Positions 55,659 through 63,970 of a stretch of 64,000 nucleotides of DNA are shown here, one piece after another (within the stretch, counting starts at the first letter, position 1; the number at the start of each line of letters is the position of its first letter). Location: the IMG/VR virus record IMGVR_UViG_3300042397_000787; one strand, written 5' to 3'. This DNA comes from a virus. Made by a program: the position numbers and the translations under genes. The notes under the pieces are model-generated. The model saw nothing but the letters and a program-made list of their open reading frames with translations. It was not told the DNA's origin and did no database searches.

Positions 55659-56401
55659 TCTTCCTTAAAAAGGTCAGTCTTAAATTTTACGGAACTTAAC
55701 GGTGAATAATTATACTGCAAACACTCATACATGTAATCCGCTAGAATATAGTGGTTATCTTCGTGGAGATGGTTAGGTCTAGCATCCCAGCTACCAAGTT
55801 TACCTGTTCTGGTTTTTATCTTACCTCTGAAATGCTCACCGCTCTTTCCGCTTATATGCTCATTCTCACTAGCAACCATTAGATTGCCGCATGGATGACA
55901 TTCGGGTCGATTATTATCATTTGTTGGGTCAGAATCCTCGAATGCAGATAATACCAATTTCTTATTAGGCAAAGAGTTTATTGCTTTTGTAATAAAGTAA
56001 CACTGTGACTTATGAATAGCCGGATTAAAGAATTTTAGCCAGGTCTTGTAGTATTCTTCATGTTCTTTGAAGTGTTCGGTAACATATGGATTATCTAGTT
56101 TTTCCAATAGTTTATCATCACCCACGATGAATTTATATAGTGTCGACCAGGATGGATAATATGCATCGTGGACTATAGGTGCCCGGTAGCAAGATGTCAG
56201 GACAACAACTATGATATCCGTTTCTTGGTAATCATTCTCTAGATAGTCGAACAGCTTAATAGAGGTATATTCCAGATTGGTGGCAGCCAGTGAATAGTAT
56301 TTCACTGGTACATCAAATTTGGAAGACAGGAGTTTGGGCCAAGTTATTTCTTGTACCCTCTCATCTGCAAAACTATCGCCAAAAACTACTAATCTAGACA
56401 T
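55655..56401 (-). CDS. SGNH-like protein, paralog of 54758
   Basis: FGDSF, DARPNHLHEDNH. Confidence 0.6.
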   Translation of the reverse strand: MSRLVVFGDSFADERVQEITWPKLLSSKFDVPVKYYSLAATNLEYTSIKLFDYLENDYQETDIIVVVLTSCYRAPIVHDAYYPSWSTLYKFIVGDDKLLEKLDNPYVTEHFKEHEEYYKTWLKFFNPAIHKSQCYFITKAINSLPNKKLVLSAFEDSDPTNDNNRPECHPCGNLMVASENEHISGKSGEHFRGKIKTRTGKLGSWDARPNHLHEDNHYILADYMYECLQYNYSPLSSVKFKTDLFKED

Positions 56402-56952
56402 TAATCCCATAGTCCTCTATAGTAGACACCAAACAGACGGGTGCCATTGTCAATACGCTTGTTATGTGCCTTCCATCCCTCAACATCGAGGATACCATTT
56501 TTGAAGTAAATATCATCGTTGCCATCTTCCACCATCTGTTCGAATGCCCAGATCATTTCATCCATGACCCAGTCCCAACGCTTGTGCCAGTTGCTGTCAG
56601 TTTCAAACTCATGTCCTGGATCTTCGGAGGCAGCAAAGCGAAGTTCTTCTGGAACATCTTCATCTGCCACGGCAGGTGAACCATGCTTGGTTGCCTTGAG
56701 TTGCTTTAACATAGGAAGAATAATCAGAGCAAGAGTGTCGTCCATACTCCATGTGTCATATGGGTCGATACGAATCTCGACCTTCCTCTTACTGAAAAAA
56801 TATGCGGATATTTCGGTAATTGGTGTGTGTTTATCTAACCATTCCCCTAATGCGAAAACCGCATCATCGTCTTTGTCTTTCCAGAACAGAATCTTTTCTG
56901 CAATCTGGTATGGACCAAACCAACGTGGATATGGACCTATGTTAATCTTCAC
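56401..56952 (-). CDS. Conserved phage hypothetical protein
   Basis: DTWSMD.TLA.II.PML, RWDWVMDEMIWAF, LFG.YY..LWD. Confidence 0.7.
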   Translation of the reverse strand: MKINIGPYPRWFGPYQIAEKILFWKDKDDDAVFALGEWLDKHTPITEISAYFFSKRKVEIRIDPYDTWSMDDTLALIILPMLKQLKATKHGSPAVADEDVPEELRFAASEDPGHEFETDSNWHKRWDWVMDEMIWAFEQMVEDGNDDIYFKNGILDVEGWKAHNKRIDNGTRLFGVYYRGLWD

Positions 56953-57133
56953 GAGAATCTTCCGAAAGTCCAGTCAAATATTCATCATTACCAAAATCCA
57001 ACGGAAAAATATCAATTTCCTTTGCTGCTTGTGCGAGTTTAGTTACACCATAAACTGCTAGTGCCGCTACTCCGAACACTGCTAGATATGGAATGGCTTC
57101 GATTGCCTTTTCTTTTAGGTCATCCTTAGTCAT
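56942..57133 (-). CDS. Small TM protein
   Basis: One hydrophobic segment. Confidence 0.5.
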   Translation of the reverse strand: MTKDDLKEKAIEAIPYLAVFGVAALAVYGVTKLAQAAKEIDIFPLDFGNDEYLTGLSEDSRED

Positions 57134-57371
57134 CTGTAATTCCCATTTCTGCTAGTTGGTCTTTGGTAGAAAACCATTTGAGTAGAAGTTCAGCCGCATC
57201 GATATGCTTCTGAATCTCAATATCATCTGCTTCCTGGTCACCCCAAACAAATACCCATGCTTGATTACCTTTGTCGTTTTTTAGAGTTTCCCATGTGCTA
57301 CGTAATTGTTCTACAACGACACGGTCAACGGTTTCCCAATCAAGTTCTACTGTAACCTTACTCATCATCAT
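57126..57371 (-). CDS. Hypothetical protein
   Basis: Coupled ORF. Confidence 0.55.
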   Translation of the reverse strand: MMMSKVTVELDWETVDRVVVEQLRSTWETLKNDKGNQAWVFVWGDQEADDIEIQKHIDAAELLLKWFSTKDQLAEMGITDD

Positions 57372-57759
57372 TTACCTTCTTATAACGATTATAATTACCA
57401 TCTGCCTCGATGACCATAACTTCATCAAGATCCTTACTCTTCGCCATCACACGTTGTTCGCCTTCCGCGACAATATGTCCGCGCTCACGCAAAACCCGCA
57501 TCACAGCATTGGCAATACCAAACTTATTGCGCCCAGTGTCGGCAGCATTTTGCGCTGCCTCTGCACATTCTTTGTAAACATCATCAGGAAGCGACCAAGA
57601 CAAATCCATTGCATTAGTAAAGTCACCCACGCGACGGAGGTATTCTTGACCACCATCCACCCAGATTGCACCGCAAGTGCAATTTACAAAGTCATGTCGA
57701 TGCCGGGAGAAAATTTTGTCTCCACAACTCAGACATACTGCGGTATTCTCAATAATCAT
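57358..57759 (-). CDS. Zn-ribbon-like conserved phage protein
   Basis: CLSCGD.I.S.HRHDF..C.CG...VDGG..YLR. Confidence 0.65.
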   Translation of the reverse strand: MIIENTAVCLSCGDKIFSRHRHDFVNCTCGAIWVDGGQEYLRRVGDFTNAMDLSWSLPDDVYKECAEAAQNAADTGRNKFGIANAVMRVLRERGHIVAEGEQRVMAKSKDLDEVMVIEADGNYNRYKKVNDDE

Positions 57760-57989
57760 TCTGCTATCACCTTTTCATGTACCGCAACAATGTGTTTACA
57801 CTTGTTGTGGAAGTTATAACCCATGCAATTACAAACCCAACCACTAGGGGTCAACGTTGTATCATACTGCTTACCCTTAGAATTGACATAGGGCCATGTG
57901 AAGCCATTTAGAAAATGTCTCTCACCATAATTCATACCAGGCAATTGCACGGGTTTACGAAAAGCACTCACACCAGCAGGAAGAATCAT
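57756..57989 (-). CDS. SWIM zinc-finger-like protein
   Basis: CNC.......CKH. Confidence 0.6.
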   Translation of the reverse strand: MILPAGVSAFRKPVQLPGMNYGERHFLNGFTWPYVNSKGKQYDTTLTPSGWVCNCMGYNFHNKCKHIVAVHEKVIAE

Positions 57990-58159
57990 TAATTCAACTT
58001 TCCATCATAAGTTCGCAGCCAAGGCTGACCAAAGACATACTTGGCTTCTAGGTCATCAGCAACACCGTGCCAATACGCTTGAAACCATTCACTCTTAGCT
58101 TTATACGCTATTTCACGGCATTTGTCAATAGATTTAAATATCTTTGCATAATTAGTCAT
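57989..58159 (-). CDS. Hypothetical protein
   Basis: Coupled ORF (MTNYAK...). Confidence 0.45.
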   Translation of the reverse strand: MTNYAKIFKSIDKCREIAYKAKSEWFQAYWHGVADDLEAKYVFGQPWLRTYDGKLN

Positions 58160-58583
58160 TTTCTTTTGTTGCCTTATACAGCATGACATTCGCTTCTCTA
58201 AACATCAATTCGGTAATGTCCCAGTTAAACGTATCTTCTCGGTCAGATTTATAACAAATGACCTTCTTGATGCCGCGCTGGATGATGCTCTTGGCGCACT
58301 CGTTGCACGGCATCAAAGGTACATACATTGTGCAACCCTCAACCGACATGGGAGAGTTGTCTAGTGCATTGCGCTCGGCATGAGCCACAAACAGGTGCTT
58401 GGTGGGTCGGTCTTCGTAGCGTTTTGCCAGGTCCTTGACGCCACGCGGAAACCCATTGTAGCCTATTGAGATAATACGATTGCGGTCATCCACAATAACT
58501 GCACCAACTTTGGTGCGAGGATCATACGACCATTCGCCAATATGGTCGGCTAGGTCAAGAAACCTCTGACACCATTTAGACAT
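58152..58583 (-). CDS. cd: dCMP deaminase
   Basis: KVGAVIV, GYNGFPRG, HAERNA, PCNEC. Confidence 0.93.
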   Translation of the reverse strand: MSKWCQRFLDLADHIGEWSYDPRTKVGAVIVDDRNRIISIGYNGFPRGVKDLAKRYEDRPTKHLFVAHAERNALDNSPMSVEGCTMYVPLMPCNECAKSIIQRGIKKVICYKSDREDTFNWDITELMFREANVMLYKATKEND

Positions 58584-58686
58584 TCAACTGAAACTCCAAA
58601 TCACAGTTATCATGGCAATCAAAATCAGAATACCGAAACATCCTGATGCAGTCAACCCATCCCACATTGCTCGTTGTCGAGGATGA

Positions 58687-58899
58687 TTAGTCATAATCAA
58701 CACCTTCATCTTGCTTGCGACCCATATAGTGGTCGTCGCTTACGCAATGAAACTGTGCCTGGAGTTTGCTATTGATAATGGTGCGAGTGACATCACCCGC
58801 GAACTTTTCACATTGCTCCTTAGATGCAGTCTCGTAGACATCCTTGGCCACAAATTCGCCCTCTTGCGTGAACAAAAATACTATAAGCCAATAACTCAT
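58687..58899 (-). CDS. Hypothetical protein
   Basis: ORF in operon. Confidence 0.5.
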   Translation of the reverse strand: MSYWLIVFLFTQEGEFVAKDVYETASKEQCEKFAGDVTRTIINSKLQAQFHCVSDDHYMGRKQDEGVDYD

Positions 58900-59102
58900 T
58901 TCACAACTCCATACAGAAGGATGGCGGTAATGAAACCATTAACTACCATCAGAGGTTTATCTTGCATCTTATATGCTGCGTAGCCCCAAGCGGCGGCACC
59001 GATGACCGATAGGATCAGGTCTACCTGGTGAAACTCAAATGCCCGACAAGTGGCAGCAAGGATGACACACGCGGTACCGAACCATTTAATAATCTCAAGC
59101 AT
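58896..59102 (-). CDS. Small multi-TM membrane protein
   Basis: KW.GT...W.Y......D..L..VN; hydrophobic. Confidence 0.55.
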   Translation of the reverse strand: MLEIIKWFGTACVILAATCRAFEFHQVDLILSVIGAAAWGYAAYKMQDKPLMVVNGFITAILLYGVVK

Positions 59103-59244
59103 ATTTTTCTTCTTCCAACATAAGTGCAATACCAGCGATGAACATCATCATACCAAAAGCGGCTTGCAAGGCAAAACGAAGAAAACTAGCATCTTCAGGA
59201 ACACACATCACAAACAGACCGGCAAACAACAAAACATATTTCAT

Positions 59245-59305
59245 AACGAATCACTTTCTTTTCTCAGCTTATAATCTACTATAGCATATTCTGAGAAAAT
59301 GTCAA
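59245..59305 (-). promoter_or_regulatory. Early promoter cassette
   Basis: TTGACA...GCTATA...GAAAGTGATTCGTT-ATG. Confidence 0.8.
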
Positions 59306-59625
59306 GCGGTAATTTCATCAAAACCAAACGTAGCACAACGGAACAGTTTTCCGTCTACCTCGAGGATGTCGCCTACTGACATCGAGGAGCAGGGACCGAG
59401 TTTCTCAACCGTAGCACCTTCCCAAAGATTCATGGCAGCGAATGCTTCTTCCATATCATTGGTATCAACGTTAGCAACGTGGGCGTAATACTGGAAGTTC
59501 TCAGTCTTGAAGGGCGACATCGGCCACGAACGGTCAAAATACGCTTTGATGCGGTCACTGGTTTCGCCGTTATTTACAGCCGCGATTTCAGCATCGGTCA
59601 GTTGAATTTGGTACACCTTAATCAT
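59302..59625 (-). CDS. YodL-like early protein
   Basis: VYQI..., F...N, SMSVGDI...GF. Confidence 0.6.
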   Translation of the reverse strand: MIKVYQIQLTDAEIAAVNNGETSDRIKAYFDRSWPMSPFKTENFQYYAHVANVDTNDMEEAFAAMNLWEGATVEKLGPCSSMSVGDILEVDGKLFRCATFGFDEITA

Positions 59626-59687
59626 AACGAATCACTTTCTCTTTTCTGTCTACTATTACATCCTAGCAGATTCGCAGGGAAAGTCAA
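59626..59687 (-). promoter_or_regulatory. Early promoter cassette
   Basis: TTGACT-TTCCCTGC-GAATC-TGC-TAGGAT...GAAAGTGATTCGTT-ATG. Confidence 0.85.
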
Positions 59688-59844
59688 GTGCTAATTTACC
59701 AATGATGAATGACATTTGCCACAAGAAAAATGTTTGCGATAATGGCCTGACAAATCAGAAAGGTCCGAATCCATGCTATCTTGTCGGATTCGCTATTACA
59801 CGGAGAGGCTTTTTCACCTAAGGCTTTTGACCATATTCGCCACA

Positions 59845-60162
59845 TTATCCTATTAACGAGCCCCCGGCTTTCTTTCTGGCCTTATCAATGGCTTCCCTGG
59901 TCTTAACGTCTCTAATAGACTTTGAGCCATATTTTTCCGCGACCGGTGTGTTGGGGTTCTGTTCTGCAACTCGGCTCATAACTTCTTTGAAGTGGTCTGG
60001 CACCTTGCCGCCGCCATCTGAACCAGAAGCATGAGCAAAATTCATTTGAAAAATTTGATGTAATTGAGGATTATCAGCAACGAATTGCTTCATTTCCTCG
60101 TATGACATCTTGGTTTCCCATTGCTCTTCCGTTTCAGGATTATAAAACTCATATATTGGCAT
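59845..60162 (-). CDS. FmdB-like small protein
   Basis: MPIYEFYN.ET.E..., F.EV.SR; GAGG RBS. Confidence 0.6.
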   Translation of the reverse strand: MPIYEFYNPETEEQWETKMSYEEMKQFVADNPQLHQIFQMNFAHASGSDGGGKVPDHFKEVMSRVAEQNPNTPVAEKYGSKSIRDVKTREAIDKARKKAGGSLIG

Positions 60163-60177
60163 ATTAACCTCGTTTAA

Positions 60178-60260
60178 TGGTAGGCACGGCGGGACTCGAA
60201 CCCGCAAGGTTTCCCGACGAATTTTAAGTCCGTTGCGTTTACCAATTTCGCCACGCGCCC
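60178..60260 (-). tRNA. tRNA-Leu(TAA)
   Basis: Cloverleaf with long variable arm, CT-TAA-AA loop, GTTCGAG, encoded CCA. Confidence 0.93.
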
Positions 60261-61147
60261 AAATTCTGACCCCATGTGGTGTCAGTCATTTCGTAGTAGA
60301 CATAGTTATCAACTAACGTCTTATTTAGACCCAGAGAAACAAGCCAGTCTGAGTAAGTTGATTTACTATCACCCATCATTTTTCTGACTTGCCGGTGTAT
60401 ACCATGTGTAGGACTGTTTATACTCAAACAAAATTGTATTTGTTCATTTACGTATTCATCTACATTACCATCTATGCTCAAATGATCCAATACACTACAT
60501 ACAGCATACTCTGGCGAATCCAGAAGGTCATCGTCTACAAAAAAGTAATAATAATGCCATTCTGCCATTGGAATGATGCCATCATCCTGCATAAAAAGAT
60601 ATTCAAACAACGGATGCTCTATCGCAGTCTTTACATAAGACGTTGTAGCAGCAAACGGAGCCTCAAGCACCCCGGGATGTCTTCTAGGTGCAACCATACC
60701 AGTTTTAGCGGCAATAAAATTTGTCCACTTTCTTGGTAGATACATTTCACTTCGTTCTTCTGGGTAAATGTATCTGCCATTACCATGTTTAAATGGCCAC
60801 TCATCCAGATTAGTAGGACGGACAAAAATGTTTTTGCAGTCAAGCACAAGTACCGTATCATCCAGAGATTGTGCGGCTGTAGTCAACTTCAACATCTGTT
60901 GTCTGCGCCACCCAAAAGTAAACGGTTGATCAAAATGTAAATAATTCTCACGTTTAGAAAACGCTAGATTAAGTTTGTGTCGGGTATAATACGGAGCCAA
61001 AATGTTATGCCATTCTTCTGGTGTTAAGGATTCATCCTCAACTGTAATCCAATGGCGACATGGCTTCTCAATAAACTTATCAATTGAGTGGGCCTGAAGT
61101 AGAAGGTCTTGAATATCCCTCTCACAGGCAATAGTAACTATATCCAT
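60239..61147 (-). CDS. DUF6492-like (glycosyltransferase-fold) protein
   Basis: GWRRQQMLKL, VLDCKN.F.RP. Confidence 0.6.
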   Translation of the reverse strand: MDIVTIACERDIQDLLLQAHSIDKFIEKPCRHWITVEDESLTPEEWHNILAPYYTRHKLNLAFSKRENYLHFDQPFTFGWRRQQMLKLTTAAQSLDDTVLVLDCKNIFVRPTNLDEWPFKHGNGRYIYPEERSEMYLPRKWTNFIAAKTGMVAPRRHPGVLEAPFAATTSYVKTAIEHPLFEYLFMQDDGIIPMAEWHYYYFFVDDDLLDSPEYAVCSVLDHLSIDGNVDEYVNEQIQFCLSINSPTHGIHRQVRKMMGDSKSTYSDWLVSLGLNKTLVDNYVYYEMTDTTWGQNLGAWRNW

Positions 61148-62031
61148 TAGCAGTCCATATATTGTTTAACTAATTCATCATTCAGCCCAAGTGATAGAAG
61201 CCATTCTGTATAGAACATACCAGTTTTACTCGGAAGGTTTTCTCTCACGGTTTTATGTAAGCCATGAGTTGGGCTGTTAATATTCAGGCATCTTTCAACA
61301 TCGTTTCTGATACTCTGATCATACCGTCCCTCTATCATATCAAAGGGACTGATTGCATTACATATAATATCTTTTTCTTCTGGTAGTTCATCAGGATCAA
61401 CATAGAACATATACGTATGAAACTCCGAGTTTGGAGTAACATCTTGATTTAGAAAGAGTGCTTCCAAATCAAAGTCTTCTGCCATTTGCTGAACTATTTT
61501 CTTCTCAAAGACAAATGGTGTTTCTAACAAACGACCAAACTTATCTGGTATTTGTTTACCAGAAATCTCACTGAAATATAATAGCCATCCTTGTATGATA
61601 TCATGGTTAGTACCAGTGAAAATTGTATCTCTAGTCAGATATGCACCATTACCATGCTTTACTGGCCAAGAATATAGGTCAGTGGGTCTAACAAATAAAT
61701 TTTTAGAATCTAGAACTAATGCATGGTCGCTTATAACATGATCACTGGTGGTAAGAAGTTTTAAGTATTGTTGCCTTCTCCAGCCATGCCCAAATCTACC
61801 CCAATCCGCAAAGACAGCATCCAAGGTGGGGTCTCTACGATAAGTATTTAATCTAAGGGTATGCTTTGTATAATACGGCGACAAGATATCTTGCCATTGA
61901 TCAAGCGAAAGATGTGTATCTTCTACCGTGACGAAATGTGTTATAGGCTTCTCAATAAACTTATCAATTGAATGTGCTTGTAGAAGAAGGTCTTGAATGT
62001 CTCTTTTACAAGCAATAGTAACTAAATCCAC
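61147..62031 (-). CDS. DUF6492-like protein, tandem paralog
   Basis: GWRRQQYLKL, VLDSKN.F.RP; near-identical N-terminus. Confidence 0.6.
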   Translation of the reverse strand: MDLVTIACKRDIQDLLLQAHSIDKFIEKPITHFVTVEDTHLSLDQWQDILSPYYTKHTLRLNTYRRDPTLDAVFADWGRFGHGWRRQQYLKLLTTSDHVISDHALVLDSKNLFVRPTDLYSWPVKHGNGAYLTRDTIFTGTNHDIIQGWLLYFSEISGKQIPDKFGRLLETPFVFEKKIVQQMAEDFDLEALFLNQDVTPNSEFHTYMFYVDPDELPEEKDIICNAISPFDMIEGRYDQSIRNDVERCLNINSPTHGLHKTVRENLPSKTGMFYTEWLLSLGLNDELVKQYMDC

Positions 62032-62044
62032 AATTATCTCCTAA

Positions 62045-62122
62045 TGGGGTGAATGACGGGACTCGAACCCGCGACATTCGGCATCACAAGCCGACACTCT
62101 AACCAACTGAGCTACATCCACC
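62045..62122 (-). tRNA. tRNA-His(GTG) with G-1 and C73
   Basis: G-GTGGATG...TT-GTG-AT...CATTCAC-C-CCA. Confidence 0.93.
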
Positions 62123-62143
62123 ATACTCAGGAATACTTATAAC

Positions 62144-62232
62144 TGGCGGAACATCAGGGAGTCGAACCCTGTATACCCTTTAGAGGTATTACGCATTAGC
62201 AGTGCGTTGCATTACCGTCCTGCCCATGTTCC
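62144..62232 (-). tRNA. tRNA-Ser(GCT)
   Basis: CT-GCT-AA loop, long variable arm, G73-CCA. Confidence 0.92.
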
Positions 62233-62238
62233 TAAAAT

Positions 62239-62313
62239 TGGTAGCCCGAACGGGTTTCGATCCCGCTTCTCCGCCTTGAAAGGGCGGTGTCCTAGCCACT
62301 AGACGACCGGGCC
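62239..62313 (-). tRNA. tRNA-Glu(TTC)
   Basis: CT-TTC-AA loop, CCA. Confidence 0.9.
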
Positions 62314-62316
62314 ATT

Positions 62317-62391
62317 TGGAGCGGAAGAGCGGATTCGAACCGCCGACCATCTCGTTGGCAACGAGAAGCTCTACCACTGAGCTACTTCCGC
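62317..62391 (-). tRNA. tRNA-Gly(GCC)
   Basis: TT-GCC-AA loop, U73-CCA. Confidence 0.93.
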
Positions 62392-62395
62392 ATTA

Positions 62396-62473
62396 TGGAG
62401 CGCCGAGCCGGATTCGAACCGGCGGTTTTACGGATTTGCAATCCGTTGCGATGGACCACTCCGCCATCGGCGC
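62396..62473 (-). tRNA. tRNA-Cys(GCA)
   Basis: TT-GCA-AA loop, U73-CCA. Confidence 0.92.
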
Positions 62474-62474
62474 T

Positions 62475-62546
62475 TGGTACCAGCAGGTGGTAATGATCCA
62501 CCCAAACTAACCTTATGAGAGTCAGTCGAACACCTGTTCTACTGGT
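62475..62546 (-). tRNA. Atypical tRNA(CAT) with non-canonical D and T loops
   Basis: ACCAGTA/TGCTGGT acceptor stem, CT-CAT-AA loop, T-loop ATCATTA, CCA. Confidence 0.65.
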
Positions 62547-62547
62547 G

Positions 62548-62623
62548 TGGTGCGAATAACAGGAATTGAACCTGTGACCTTTCCCTTATCAGGGGAATGC
62601 TCTACCATCTGAGCTATATTCGC
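62548..62623 (-). tRNA. tRNA-Ile(GAT)
   Basis: CT-GAT-AA loop, CCA. Confidence 0.93.
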
Positions 62624-62629
62624 ATCTTA

Positions 62630-63073
62630 TCAATTAAATAACTTTTCTAAGTCCTTGAGAGGAATTATGCAGTTACTATATTGATTTGTTAAATCTGGTC
62701 CTTTTTTAAATATCAATCTTATTTTTGGAAATGATAGAATATCACATATAATATAATTCATAGTGGAGGAATGTTCTATAGCTTTTTCTTCATTAAAAAC
62801 TCTTCCGCCGCCAAAATTTATAGATTGCATAAATCTACATCCAGACTTTGTAAAACATTTCTGTTCATATTTCTGGCCGTCGGTCAAACTAACATGATCA
62901 TGACCTCTGGCATTTACATATTGCAAATCTGGAAACCATTTCTCAATCATTATTTCCAGAAATTTTGAGGCTATTCTTCCATCTTTAAACATTCTATTCA
63001 ATTCAGACTCTTGTAGTATATCAAATGATATATTTTCAAGTTCAAAATAATATGTTTTGTCAAATACTATCAT
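62630..63073 (-). CDS. AT-rich ORF within the tRNA array, possible PD-(D/E)XK endonuclease
   Basis: E...GHDH...KYEQKCF pattern; GAGG RBS. Confidence 0.5.
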   Translation of the reverse strand: MIVFDKTYYFELENISFDILQESELNRMFKDGRIASKFLEIMIEKWFPDLQYVNARGHDHVSLTDGQKYEQKCFTKSGCRFMQSINFGGGRVFNEEKAIEHSSTMNYIICDILSFPKIRLIFKKGPDLTNQYSNCIIPLKDLEKLFN

Positions 63074-63087
63074 TATAACCTCAATAT

Positions 63088-63163
63088 TGGTGGACACTTT
63101 GGGGTTCGAACCCAAGACCTACAGGTTAAAAGCCCGTTGCTCTACCTACTGAGCTAAGTGTCC
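63088..63163 (-). tRNA. tRNA-Lys(TTT)
   Basis: CT-TTT-AA loop, CCA. Confidence 0.93.
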
Positions 63164-63169
63164 GTGAAA

Positions 63170-63245
63170 TGGTAGACGATGTAGGATTCGAACCTACGAC
63201 CTAAGGATTAAGAGTCCCGCGCTCTACCGACTGAGCTAATCGTCC
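63170..63245 (-). tRNA. tRNA-Lys(CTT)
   Basis: CT-CTT-AA loop, CCA. Confidence 0.93.
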
Positions 63246-63253
63246 ATTAAATT

Positions 63254-63328
63254 TGGTAGACGAGGAGGGACTCGAACCCCCAACCTAACCGTTATGAGCG
63301 GTCGGCTCTACCATTGAGCTACTCGTCT
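63254..63328 (-). tRNA. tRNA(CAT), probably Ile2 (lysidine type) or elongator Met
   Basis: ACCG-CT-CAT-AA-CGGT anticodon arm, CCA. Confidence 0.88.
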
Positions 63329-63524
63329 ATATGTAGACCCGAACACGATCGGAATCTACAGGAGCACCGACCACTCGACGCTCTATGTAGTAATAATCTA
63401 TGAAATGATCGCCGTCACGGGTATACACACCGTGGGCAGCCCGCGCTTCATCTTCAGATGCATACACACCCAACAGCAACGAACCTTCGTAATCCCATTC
63501 ACCTAACAATGCAAAAACTTCCAT
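63327..63524 (-). CDS. Hypothetical early protein
   Basis: Follows the cassette leader; DYEG..LLGVYAS. Confidence 0.65.
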   Translation of the reverse strand: MEVFALLGEWDYEGSLLLGVYASEDEARAAHGVYTRDGDHFIDYYYIERRVVGAPVDSDRVRVYI

Positions 63525-63584
63525 GACGAATCACTTTCTCTCTGACTATATTCTCATAATAGCTGATTCGCCGGTAAATGTCAA
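63525..63584 (-). promoter_or_regulatory. Early promoter cassette (probably also drives the tRNA array)
   Basis: TTGACA-TTTACCGGC-GAATC-AGC-TATTAT...GAGAAAGTGATTCGTC-ATG. Confidence 0.85.
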
Positions 63585-63970
63585 GTGCTAAATTTTTCTA
63601 GATATCCCAAAAGTTGATAAACATTGACCTTGGTTTCGGTAGTCCATTGTTCTTTACTGAGGTAATGAACGGTCATACCAGGCACTTCAACGCCCTCACT
63701 ATCATTCCAGATGATTAGGTTGTTTCCGTAAACAGATAGGTCTTTCTTTAGCAGACGCTTACATGCCTTTTCAACGGGATCTACCTCAACACGGCCGTTA
63801 TGATACCACTTACCATTCTTCTCGGTCAACTTATCTTCTAGAACTCTACGTCCTACCCAAGGACCTTCTACTAGAATTTCATCACCCGTAATGATCTTGT
63901 AGTAATCATCAGGCTCTACGCCTAGCCAATTTTCTTGCCATTTGGAATGCTTTGTCACATGATTCAACAA
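63581..63970 (-). CDS. Hypothetical protein (start uncertain)
   Basis: ORF track. Confidence 0.5.
   Translation of the reverse strand: MLNHVTKHSKWQENWLGVEPDDYYKIITGDEILVEGPWVGRRVLEDKLTEKNGKWYHNGRVEVDPVEKACKRLLKKDLSVYGNNLIIWNDSEGVEVPGMTVHYLSKEQWTTETKVNVYQLLGYLEKFST

Noticed and set aside
62189-62510. ORFs 62189..62377 and 62316..62510
   Set aside because: They overlap tRNA genes and are spurious translations.
127-63000. Numerous 60-180 aa antisense ORFs in the track
   Set aside because: They lie opposite well-supported genes and lack RBS or motifs.
38098-63584. Repeated ~60-bp elements as a CRISPR array or IS ends
   Set aside because: Irregularly spaced, each precedes an ATG and contains -35/-10 boxes. 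No cas or transposase genes are present.
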